A stretch of DNA of 63,941 bases, filler included, from 15 parts of 15 records of this genome joined end to end with filler, not necessarily neighbours in it; one strand, 5' to 3'. Positions 20,101 through 30,569 are shown, counted from the first letter of the whole stretch. Notes: generated from the letters alone by a model not told the origin. Translations and numbers: made by a program.

Positions 20101-23100
20101 GAATGCGCGGAGCTCATCACAAGGTGTATCATGAAGCATGCCGTGCTCTGGACCGAGGGTGTGGTCTTTCCAAGCACCAACACAATCCTCCTGCAAAGTA
20201 CCAAGAGACTGGCAGTCTCTCAAAAAGCACCTCTCAATCTCTTTGCACCCGAAGCTGTCAGGTTGTCCTTCTGCAAATGCAGAGAAATCTGAAGTGACTC
20301 CATCGGACCAAGAAAACGCTGACGAGTCACAGGCTGCCTCGGAGCTCCTGTCATTCAATCCAATCCAAGCTGACGTCGCTGCAGGAACTATGTCTCTGAA
20401 AAAAAAGTAAGGATGACGGGGCCCGCCAGGCCAATGCACCGCCGCTAGATGTCCTCCAAGAGAAGCGCAGTCTGCCTCTGCATCTAACCAAGTTCGCTTG
20501 ATTGGCACATAGTCGTAGCGGCAGTCTGCAGAACCTGCACCTAACATGTGCTGGAGTGATGGTCCAACGATCAGAACGTTTCTTTGATTGGCCAGCGCGT
20601 CAGATAAGCTGGAACGATCTGTTCTTCCATTGGTCGGGAAGGAGCGCCAGTGATCATGCATGCCGTTGAATGCAACGCATAGCGGGGGCACTGGCACCGG
20701 TGTGGCGACACCAGTACACGTCTGTGGTACTTCGAATGCTACACCCGTACAGGACTCGGCTCCAGGAGTCTGGTCATGCGTACATCCGGACGGACAGTCG
20801 CCCGTAGCGGAGAAGCTGCACTCAGGCAAAAAAGCCGCTGTGTAGCTGCATCCATCTGGACACACCGAGGACTCATCAGTCGACGGGTCCAGGTCACAAG
20901 ACGGTGCATGCGTCACAACAGATGCCCTACTCATCAAAATAGCACAATCATAGACGCAGCTGGATGCTTCCATGACAACTGCACTTGGGCTGTAGTTCAT
21001 GGCCATTGGATCTGTGCATCCTGATGGAAGTGTGACGCCACCATCCCGCGCGTTGGTCAAGCAAGTGAATATGGCGGCTGAATCAGGAATACCGTCAGCC
21101 GGTCGATCTGGTGATGCCAAAGACGTGACAAATTCATCTAGGCATCCGTCTATCAGCGAGCAGGCAGCCCATTCTTGCGGACATAGCGCTGATGCAGACG
21201 AGGATGTAACGGTTGGAATACATGAAGAAGCACCGGGTGGACAGGTTGGACAATCGGAGCAGACCAGACATTCGGTGGCGCCAGTGTCCGCAGCAAATTT
21301 ACCTGATGGGCACAGGGTACATGGAGTTGCCGCATTAGAGTCGTCGTCGAAGGACCCAGGCGGACACGGCTCACACGAAGATCCATCGGACGAGTAGGAA
21401 CCATAATCGCAGGTCTCGCTGCATGTTGTGGAGCCTGCTGTGCTAAAGGTACCTTCCGCACAATTTACGCAGGGAGTCGATGAGAGTGAGTCATGGTCAA
21501 CGAATCCGGCATCACACGAAATGCAGGCCGTTGCGCCAGAGGCAGAGTACTTGCCCTCAGCGCAGGCACTGCACGAAGACTGGTCATCCTCACTTGTGAA
21601 AGTCCCGGCGGCACAGAGCGTGCACCGTCCAGTTGTGCCATCCACAAAATGTCCAGCTGTACACAGTGTTGGCACGCAGCACTCGCTTGCTGCACTGGCA
21701 CCAATCGGAATCAACGTGGGCAGTTGAACATTGTTGTCGGTCAGGGTAGTGCCACAGAGTAACGAATCGCCAGTGCACATGTCAGGCGTCTGAGTGGCGG
21801 AACCATAGCAGGCAGCAGTTTCTGATGCTTCACCTGTGCATGACGCAGGGATCTCTGTAGCGTTACCAGTGCATTCCTCGGCGCCAACGGTACCAATATC
21901 TGTGCATCCTGCTGGGCATCCGGTGAAAGTTTCGCTGTCTGCGAAAGAGCAAGTGGGTGTTTCTGCGGCTGTAAATGCGCAGCCTGCCGGGCAGCCAGTT
22001 GCAGGATTCAAGTCCTCGCCGCCCTCAGTAGCGTCATCGAGATCGCACGTTGGCACGAAGGTTTGTTCGAATGTGCAGCCAGCCGGGCACTCACCCGTCT
22101 CGTCAGTGTCTGGATCTGTGTCGCAAGTTGGAGTTGATGCAGGTGTGCTGGTACACTCACTAGGGCAGTCAGAGCACGAATTTGACAGCAGCCACGTTGC
22201 ACAGGAGTCTTCGCAACACAGATCTTGCACTGGTGCAGTATAGATGCACTTCTGAGCTGTGCACGCGTCACCATTGCTGTCTATATCTAGTGCAGCGTCG
22301 CAATCAGCCTGTGATGCCAAGGCACAACTGCCCGGGCTCCCACTGCCAGGGGCTGCCGTCAATACACAGTCCAGACTGTTGGGGCACTCTGTCGCAGCAG
22401 CAGCAGGTGGGTCGCAAGCAATTGATATATCCTTCGCTGTACAAGAGCGCTCAGGCCCTGATGGCAGCAATATGCTAGCAGCATCCTTCCGTAAGGTTGT
22501 TCCAGTTTCACATGCCACCGTAGAGCAAGATAGCTTCTCTGGAATTTGGAAAACGGCGTTCTTCATGGTACAAAACGCTGCCTGTTCGGAATTATGCCCG
22601 CAAAAGTCAATCTGAATCGGTTCAAAATTCAGAAATCCAGGCACAGGAATGGGTTCTTGTGACCATGTGCCGTCAGGATGTGTTACTCCTATTCCCAGGT
22701 TATCCCCTCCGCCGCCCTCGGCATGGACCGCAGCGAAAAAGTAGTACTTTGAACTGTCCAATGTAATCGGCTGTGAAGTTTGCTCCGAAAACTTGTCCCA
22801 CTGTCGCGGGTCTGTCCAGCCAGGGACGTGCGCAATCTCACGTGCTTCTTCTTCTGTCTCGCCAAACCAAAGGTGACTCCAGTCATCACCGTAGATGTGG
22901 AAAATATGTTCACCTGCTTGCGACGGACTGAACCAGCCAAATAGCCTTGAGCCGTAGTTGTCGCCGGTATCAACGGGAATCTCGGCAAATTCAGTAATGA
23001 AATCGCGCGAATCAGGTTGATCGGGAAACGAGGCCAATCCCCACAGCCAATCTGTTTTCATTGGCTGCGCTCCAGGAGGTGGCTTTGTCCATCTGTCCCA

Positions 23101-23481
23101 TGTAATGTAGGATCTGTCGGCGGCCCCGCCGGCGTGGTCGCCATAGCTGTTTCCGCAGTAGCACTCGTCCATTCCCTGCAGACCCATGTACGAAAAGCCC
23201 TGACAAAGATCTTCGCATGTTGTAATTGACGCGCTTGAGCCCATGGAGTGTCGAGAACCAGACAAGTCTCGTGCCAGGTCGAATGCTTCCTGGTCTGGGT
23301 AGAACCCGATGAAGACTCTTTCTTTGCAATCATCGACCGATTTCGACGCAGGGTAGGAAACACTCCCAGGTGGACAGGGCGTGCATGCTGCTGCACCACT
23401 GGACGCAAAGGTGCTTTCGGGGCAAGGGGTGCAAGGGACATTCATAGCTGGCTGGATTCCCGAGCCATCAGGGTTGTAAAA
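14186..23481 (-). CDS. Giant multi-pass receptor (5' truncated, >2950 aa): GCC2/3-type Cys repeats, WSC, PA14, 2 C-type lectins, beta-helix, about 9 TM, TIR, degenerate TIR, EF-hand pair. Exons 23481-17350, 17239-16996, 16908-16541, 16461-16270, 16105-14186
   Basis: Four GT-AG introns (17240-17349, 16909-16995, 16462-16540, 16106-16269) join five ORF pieces in frame, giving FQYPGLFG|DVIAAL, FFC(Y)PTICII, YLYW|ESLDMLRK and HVFI|VITTAI. Domain motifs are given in the findings. Confidence 0.88.
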
Positions 23482-23844
23482 TNNNNNNNNNNNNNNNNNN
23501 NNNNNNNNNNNNNNNNNNNNNNNNNNTTAATTAATTAANNNNNNNNNNNNNNNNNNNNNNNNNNNNNNNNNNNNNNNNNNNNTTTACGGTCACTACAACC
23601 TGGGCACTTGACCCCGGTCGGGATTTGCACATCGGGTCCTTAGACCTGAGTATACCGCGCGCGCCGGGTCTGTGCGAGCAGGCCGGCGGGTGTAAGGCGT
23701 TCGTCAGAGCAAATCAGCAAGCGCAGCTTAAAGCTGCTACCAGCTACTAATCGCACTCTGTAGTAGGACTCGTGCCGCGGCAGGGTGGTCAGCCACAGCA
23801 CGCACCAGTGCTGGGCGCAGCTGCTCGCTGGCTCAACCGGCGCG

Positions 23845-26775
23845 ATGACGCGGCTCGCCACCTGCGTGTCATGCGCCGCAGCCCTCGCGGCGTCAGCTGC
23901 CGCGCTCGACAACGGCCGCGGCATCACGCCGCCGCGCGGGTGGCGGTCATGGTAATAATCCCCACTTGCGTTTCTCCACAAATCCCTCTCCTAACAGGCT
24001 GGGTTGGATTTGTTGGGGGTACAGAGAACCCACTGATAAATCGTGTGATCAGCTCGAGTGCTGCTTGTTTTCGCACGCAGGGACGCCTTTGAGAACAGTG
24101 TGAACCAGACGCTGCAGATGCGGCAGGTCGATATGCTGGTCGACCGCAGCCGCAGTGTGGATGGCACGGCCACTAGCCTGCTGGACCTGGGCTACAACCG
24201 CATCGGCCTGGACGATGCGTGGCAGGACTGCGGCAAGGGCGTGAACCACAGCTTTCACGACCCGAGTGGCAAGCCACTCATCCGGCCGGACCGCTTTCCC
24301 GACATGGCTGCGATGAACGCCTACGCCAAGTCCAAAGGCATCGGCAGTGGCTGGTACCTCAACACATGCGACTGCTGCGAGAAGGGCGCGCTCCAGCCGA
24401 TGTGGTCCGCCGCGGGAGACGCCAAGGCCGTCAAGGACCTGGGGTTCGACGGACTCAAGCTAGACTCCTGCGGTCCCTCGCAGGAGCTCAGCGAGTGGGT
24501 TCGGCTGCTCAACGCCACTGGCAACCACGTGCTGGTCGAGAACTGCTTCGACAACTCCTCCTACCCACGGACCAAGTCCGGGGTCGACGACGGCGAGGAA
24601 GCCGTGACAGAGGAAGACTGCCCGATGAACATGTTCCGGAGCGGTGGGGACATGCGCGCCGATTGGCCGCTTATGCTGCGGCGCTTGCAGACGATCGTGC
24701 CGTGGCTCGGGCTCAGCCGCCCGAAGTGCTGGGCCTATTTGGACATGCTCGAGGTAGGGAACCCACCAGGTGGGACTGGAGAGTCGCCCTTGTTCGAGAA
24801 CCCACACTCCTGGCGAGCACACTTTGGTGCGTGGCTGATCAATTCGTCACCCTTGATTCTCAGCTTCGATTTGGCCAATGCGACCAAGCTAAACCTCACC
24901 TGGGATTTCATCACGAACCGAGAGGCACTCAAGATCAACTCTGGTAAGTCAAGTACACATCATCTATGTCGATGCGTTCACGCTGCACCAGACCTTACCT
25001 TGCAGTTCTACGTGTGGTTCTCAGCTGACCCACCCGACTACCTAACTCCCTTCCCTTCGCCCAATCTGTCTGCTCCGTGCACTGCGCTGGACGTTGATCT
25101 GCTCGTCTGCTTCGCAGACTGGGCCGGTAGTGCCGGCCGTCTCGTGACGTCCATCTACGACCAGAGCGCACCCACTCCCGTCTTCGCACGGCCGTGCTCC
25201 CACACGGTTGATACACAGAAGTTCGCTCTCTCACCAACGGGCCAGCTCAAGTCGATGAGCAAGGGAGATGATCGCTGCATCTCGGTCCCTGGCTGCCCTC
25301 CCTCCCCGTCACCCTCGCTGGGCTCCGCGGGTGGGCGGCGTCCGCATGTCTCAATGCTGTCGGGACGGGAGCGCAGCACTGTCAGGCTAGGCAATGGCGG
25401 CATCGCACTTGCGACGTGCGATGGCTCGCCCTCACAGCAGTGGAATTTCACTGGTGATCCTGCCGCGGTGACGGACGTCCAGACGCTCGTCCCCAGTGCA
25501 GGAGGAAAACCTGGAGGCTGCTGGGAGATCAACGGTTGTGGTGCGAAAACGATCTTTGCACTTTGTTTTCCTCAGTATGTTTTACCAAGACTGGCTCGAG
25601 ATACATAGATAAAATCAAACAAAGGACCGTGCTCTCAGGTGGCTCATCGATTGACACTGACTATGGATGCAAGTCGCTCCCAACCGGCCCAAGGCCGTGG
25701 AAAGGCTGCAATAATATGGCTTGGACCTTTACCAAGAACGGCACTGTTATCTCAGGCATGGAAGGTTCGGACGGTAAGGACGAGTGCCTTCAGGTCTCCT
25801 CGAAGGATGAGAGTACTATTGTGGTCGGCCCTTGCTTGGGTGCATTACGCGAGCAGTGGAAGATCAATGGTACGCATCTTTGTCGTTCGTGTGCATCCTG
25901 CCCATGGAGAGCTGGCTGACATGTCGAATGCACATTCAGGCAAATGGCTGACTGTCTCACTGATCTGCTGCAATTGCGATAATGCAGGTACGGAAATTCA
26001 GTCGGCGTTCGGTGGCTGCATTGACAACCACGCGACAAAGCCCGCCAATCCCCAATACGGGCCGCTCGTAGTCGCCCCTTGCGATGAGTCCGCTTGTGGT
26101 GGGAGGGATCATGAGTGGCGATGGAACTCTACGACGCAGCAGCTGATCAGTGCAGTGCCGGGTATGGGCGAGGATATATGTGTTGAGAGCCAAGGATACG
26201 GCAACCACTACGCCACTCTCAACGGGGTCGGCTGCGTCTCTCGAGCAGCAGATATCCCACGCGCCCAGCAATTCAGAATCGACACAGAGAAGCATCGGGT
26301 TTCTGTCGACGTGCGTTTTAATCAAACCGAAACAGGCAGGGACGTGGGCATGCTCCTCTGTGCGGATATTGACTTCTCAGCACCGCAGAGCGGCGTGGCA
26401 CAGCCGGGGTGTCGGCTGATCGCCCAAGTATTTGCTAAGAAAGTCAGCGGAGGTGCGATTGCAGTTCTGTTTCTTAACGCCGACACGAACAAAACACAGG
26501 ACCTCAGCGTCGACCTAGCTGATCTAGGCTTTGCAACAGCATCAGCGGAGAGAGCAAGAGGTGGGAGTGTGGGTGGGTTGACAGTGCGTGACGTGTGGGA
26601 GAAAAAGGATGCAGGTAGCATTGCAAGCGCTAGTGGGAACTTCACAGCCCACGCGATCCCGCCTCAGGATTCCAAGCTGATGCTGTTTACACCCTCAGCA
26701 GCGTCGCCCTTTCTGCAGCAGCAGGCGACGACAGCGCTTGCGGCTGGATTCTCGGTGTCGTCTGCTGAGAAGTGA
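23845..26775 (+). CDS. Secreted GH27 alpha-galactosidase/alpha-GalNAcase with inserted ricin-B modules. Exons 23845-23951, 24081-24943, 25118-25540, 25639-25869, 25988-26775
   Basis: Signal peptide then LDNGRGITPPRGWRSW; GLDDAWQ; DRFPDM; nucleophile motif GLKLDSC; acid/base motif FRSGGDM; WAYLDMLEVG; HFGAWLINSSPLILS; C-terminal beta-sandwich (AVLFLN, VRDVW). QxW-type ricin repeats lie in between. Confidence 0.9.
25541..25638 (+). mobile_element. Candidate introner (transposon-derived spliceosomal intron)
   Basis: 98-nt GT-AG intron with GGTG duplicated across both junctions and imperfect terminal inverted repeats (GTGCGAAAACGATCTTTG / CAAAGGACCGTGCTCTCAG). Confidence 0.55.
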
Positions 26776-27099
26776 ATGTAGACCTGTTTCATATTCTGGC
26801 ACAATGATCATTCACCAGCCACTAAAGACACTCGCCCTTGTCTGCCCAATCATATATACCAACGTCACGCAACGCTGGCGCTCGCGATGTATTGGTGACA
26901 TTTGCCACGAAAAGCTTCATCTGTGTCCAGTAGTCTTCTGACCATACTTGCCCGAGGTCTTGTAGTGGTTCAGAAAGCGCAGCATCGCCAAGAACGCCGT
27001 CCGTACCTCTCGCTCCCGGTCCCATTAGGTGGCTGAATATGAGTAAAGTGGGTGCTCTTTCGCTAAACATTTTTTGTCTGTGGGTACTTTAAAAAATGA

Positions 27100-27200
27100 A
27101 ATTGTCATTGTCATTGTCAAAATTGTACCGTACCTAAAGTGGTCCATTGCTCTACCGGTTACAGGTAAGCCCGGTAACCGGTAACCGGTACTCTACCGGG
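27100..27200. repeat. Short microsatellites (ATTGTC)3 and (CCGGTAA)n
   Basis: attgtcattgtcattgtc; ccggtaaccggtaaccggta. Intergenic, close to the contig end. Confidence 0.7.
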
Positions 27201-27421
27201 GATATGGGCTTCCAACCCAGCTGAGCCACCACCGCTAACTTCACGTCGATGATCACCTGGCCTCTTTTGGGCCCTCCCGGTGGGGGGACGTTCTAGCGGC
27301 CCAACGCCACTAACGCCGGNNNNNNNNNNNNNNNNNNNNNNNNNNNNNNNNNNNNNNNNNNNNTTAATTAATTAANNNNNNNNNNNNNNNNNNNNNNNNN
27401 NNNNNNNNNNNNNNNNNNNAG

Positions 27422-27682
27422 GAGCAGGAGGAGGAGGAGGAGGAGGAGGGAAGCGAAGAGGCCCTGCTAGCAGCTCTGGCGACGCCTGCGAAGAAATCGG
27501 AGCCTCAGCCCGTCAGCGCGGAGGGCGTGGGAGACTTGCGCGGAGGAGAGCACCAAAATTCACCTGCGACGAAAGGCAGTCTGACCCTGCCGAGTGGTGT
27601 GCCGATGGCTGCCGCAGGCGTTGGCGGGACACCGGATGCCGAAGATTTGCGGAAACGACGACTGGCTCGCTTTGGGCAATGA
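27422..27682 (+). CDS. C-terminal fragment of a protein ending in a VBM-like motif (5' truncated in a poly-Glu run; absent from the ORF track)
   Basis: Open frame from the contig edge: EQEEEEEEEGSEEALL...TPDAEDLRKRRLARFGQ*. Confidence 0.6.
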   Translation, partial: EQEEEEEEEGSEEALLAALATPAKKSEPQPVSAEGVGDLRGGEHQNSPATKGSLTLPSGVPMAAAGVGGTPDAEDLRKRRLARFGQ

Positions 27683-27998
27683 ACGGAGAAGCGGCGGCGT
27701 CAGGGCTTCCATGGACCGCGGCACAGTAGACCACACGCATGGCGGCTGCCACACGGATGAATGTGTACAACGTATACAATGCTCTAGCGGAATCGTGTTG
27801 CCTAACATAGTGAAGGAAATGGTTGAGTCTGAGAGACGTGTTGAAATCCACACTTGAGAGCCTCCATTCACCGAAACATCCTTTGTGCTTCCGTGGATAG
27901 TGTGTGGCCCGTTCTGACCCTCACCCGTGACTAACATCAAGCACTGCTGCTGAATTGTGTCGCCGTTGCCACCTAGCGATTGTGGCACTGGGGTGCAT

Positions 27999-29996
27999 TC
28001 AGCCGAAGCGCATGACCTGGGTCGGCGGGATGTAGAGCTCTTGGTTGACCTGCGAGTTCAGGTACTGGTGGAGCAACGCCTTCAGCTCCATGTTCTGCTG
28101 TTGTAGATTGCCTGTGTCCCCGATGAGGTCGCGCCGACCCTGCAGCTCTTCGTTGTACTTCTGCATGGCCTTCAGAAGAGCGTTGTAGACGCGGATGATC
28201 TTCTCTGGCACAATACCCTTCATCTGCTCCCAGTACGCCATCGCTTCCGTACGAGCGCGTTCCTCCGCCTCTGCCTTCGCTGCACCGCCCGCGGCCTTTG
28301 CCGTCTTGGCAGTTCGGCCGAGTGTGCCCTGTTCCTCAACGAAACGCTTGAGCCGCGCCATTGTGTCGTTCGGATGCACCAACACATCCTGCCCGCTCTC
28401 CTGGTCCACACCTGCTTTGAGGAATGTGTAAAGGCGCTCGACGTCCTCCGAGTTGGAAATTGAGAGCGCGCGGAAGATTGAATCGACCTGCAAGAGACGC
28501 TGCTCCTCCGGCTTGTATTGGTCCATTTCTTGACGCAGCCGGTCCTCGACGAGAAAGGCGCCCTCCTGGCAGACGAGCTCGAGCATGTTCTTGATGTTAT
28601 CGCTCTCATCCTTTGTCACCTCGCTGATCAACGCCTTGCGCTCTTTCGCCTGGTCCACTTCCGCAATCTCTTCCTCTTCCTCCACAGGTTCGTCGTCCAG
28701 CTGGAGGGTGCCAGTCAGTGTGCCCTCAGTCGGCGGGTGCCACTCCCACCCGAGCTGCTGCTGGTGAATGATCTCATCTGCCTGTAGCACCTTGCTCGCA
28801 AGCTCCTGCACGAGCTCCTGGTTCATCTCCCACACATCGGTGTACTTCTTCTTGTCCGCAGACTGGAAGTGGCGGAACTTGTTCTGGAGTTCCTTGTACT
28901 GTTCGGTGATCCGCTTGTAATCGTCGGTCAGCTCCTTGTTTTCGCTCCGGAAGCGCGCGTCGTCCTTACGGTAGCGCGCCTCGAGTGTGCTAAGCGTCTC
29001 TTTGAGTTTCGCCTGCCGCTTCTTGTGCTGCTGCAGGAGGTTAGTGTTCTCATCGTCGCGGGTGGTGAGCACGCGATAGTTGTACTCGAGCTTCTCGGTG
29101 TTGAGGAGGTACGTGGCCTTCATCTCCTCAAGCTGCTGCTGCAAGCTTTGCACCTCAGTCTGCAGGGTAATCTTCAGTATATTCAGGTCCTCCGCGTCCT
29201 GCGTCTTGAGCTGTTCCAACTGCTGCGCATGGTCGTCTGCTCGCTGCTGCCTCTTCTCCATGAACGTTGCCTCCATCTGCTGCCTCTTGCGCGACAGCGC
29301 CTCCATCTCCTCCCGGTTCGCATCGCGCAGCTCTTCGCGCTCATGCTCGAACGTCGTCGAGATTTCCTCGAGCTCGTCCTCATATGCCTTGCGCAGCTCG
29401 ATGAACTGGATCGACATGCGGCGCAGCAGTTGGTCGATGTCCTCGGCCTGTTTCTTCAGCGCCTTGACGTACTCCTCGTCCTTCGCCTTGAGCTCGTTCT
29501 GGAACTCATTCTTGAGCCGATCCTTGGCGGCGATCACGCGGTCGCACGCCTCCTTTTGCTGGTTCATCTCGGCCAGCAGGTCCTGCGGGATCTCCTTCGC
29601 AATCACGGCGTTCCACTTCATCGCGATGGCGGCGTTACGCTTCGCGCTGTTCTCCGCCTCCGTCAGGAGCTTGTGGCGGCGCTCCTGGCGGCGCTCCTCC
29701 TCCGCGATGCGCCGCTTGTTCTCCCGGTCGTCCGACTGCACGCGCACGCTCGTCACGTGCTCGATCCCCGCCGTCTTGATGCGGTCCAGGCGGTGGTTCG
29801 ACTCCATAATCTGGCTCTTCCCCTTGACAAACTCCCGCCGCTCCCTCTCCCGCCGCTTCCTCTCCACCACCTTCGGGTCCTCCGTGTCGGTGTTCATCGC
29901 GTCAATCCGCGCCTGGATCCTCGCACGTCGCGCGTTGATGCGCTCCTCGCGGTCCGAGGAGTTCACCGAGGGCCCCTCGTCCATGTAGGAGGCCAT
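27999..29996 (-). CDS. DRC1: Dynein regulatory complex subunit 1 (CCDC164), intronless
   Basis: GPSVNSSDREERINARRARI, ELKAKDEEYVKALKKQAEDID, MKATYLLNTEKLEYNYRVL, YKELQNKFRHF, C-terminal QQNMELKALLHQYLNSQVNQELYIPPT. Confidence 0.95.
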   Translation of the reverse strand: MASYMDEGPSVNSSDREERINARRARIQARIDAMNTDTEDPKVVERKRRERERREFVKGKSQIMESNHRLDRIKTAGIEHVTSVRVQSDDRENKRRIAEEERRQERRHKLLTEAENSAKRNAAIAMKWNAVIAKEIPQDLLAEMNQQKEACDRVIAAKDRLKNEFQNELKAKDEEYVKALKKQAEDIDQLLRRMSIQFIELRKAYEDELEEISTTFEHEREELRDANREEMEALSRKRQQMEATFMEKRQQRADDHAQQLEQLKTQDAEDLNILKITLQTEVQSLQQQLEEMKATYLLNTEKLEYNYRVLTTRDDENTNLLQQHKKRQAKLKETLSTLEARYRKDDARFRSENKELTDDYKRITEQYKELQNKFRHFQSADKKKYTDVWEMNQELVQELASKVLQADEIIHQQQLGWEWHPPTEGTLTGTLQLDDEPVEEEEEIAEVDQAKERKALISEVTKDESDNIKNMLELVCQEGAFLVEDRLRQEMDQYKPEEQRLLQVDSIFRALSISNSEDVERLYTFLKAGVDQESGQDVLVHPNDTMARLKRFVEEQGTLGRTAKTAKAAGGAAKAEAEERARTEAMAYWEQMKGIVPEKIIRVYNALLKAMQKYNEELQGRRDLIGDTGNLQQQNMELKALLHQYLNSQVNQELYIPPTQVMRFG

Positions 29997-30569
29997 CGTC
30001 GCCAGCCCCAGCCCCGTACCCAGCCCCAGCCCAAACACAGCCAACGGGAATATTCGTATATATTCCCAGAAAATGTATATACAAATTTAGAGCCACTTAT
30101 GAGAAATGAGTACGAGAATGTAGTGGGGAATTCCGACGTCCGTTGGCTTGGGACGGTTTCGAGGCGGATGATTGGGTACGTTGTACCTTCGGTTCTTCTA
30201 AAGGGGAAATCACTGAGGAATGCGGCGGACACGCGCGGCCGGATGAGTAGTGGAATTTAGGATTGCTATAATAGTGGAATTAGCAGATGGGATTGGGAGT
30301 CGTTACGTCGAAATGCTTATGGGTAGTTCGGTGGAGTCACACGGGAGAATAATCTCCAAATCGACGAAACACACAGTAAATGTTTCTTATATCATATATA
30401 TACAGAGAGGCTCACCGTTGTTCTGCACAATTGTAGAAGCCAAACTTCCAGACTCACGTGTAGGAACTTCCTACACTGCAGCGGCCACTGCCTGAAAATG
30501 GTGATCTTGAGCGCCGGAAGATACTGAAAAACATAGATCAATGACAGTCGACCGGACGGTGACACGAAA

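Noticed and set aside
9349-26775. Apparent cluster of toxin-like gene, TIR receptor and galactosidase as a defence or feeding island
   Set aside because: The three genes are on different contigs separated by artificial spacers, so adjacency carries no information.
28869-30260. Long plus-strand ORFs (463 aa and 302 aa) antisense to DRC1
   Set aside because: Shadow ORFs caused by high GC3 and coiled-coil codon bias; Leu/Ser-rich nonsense composition.
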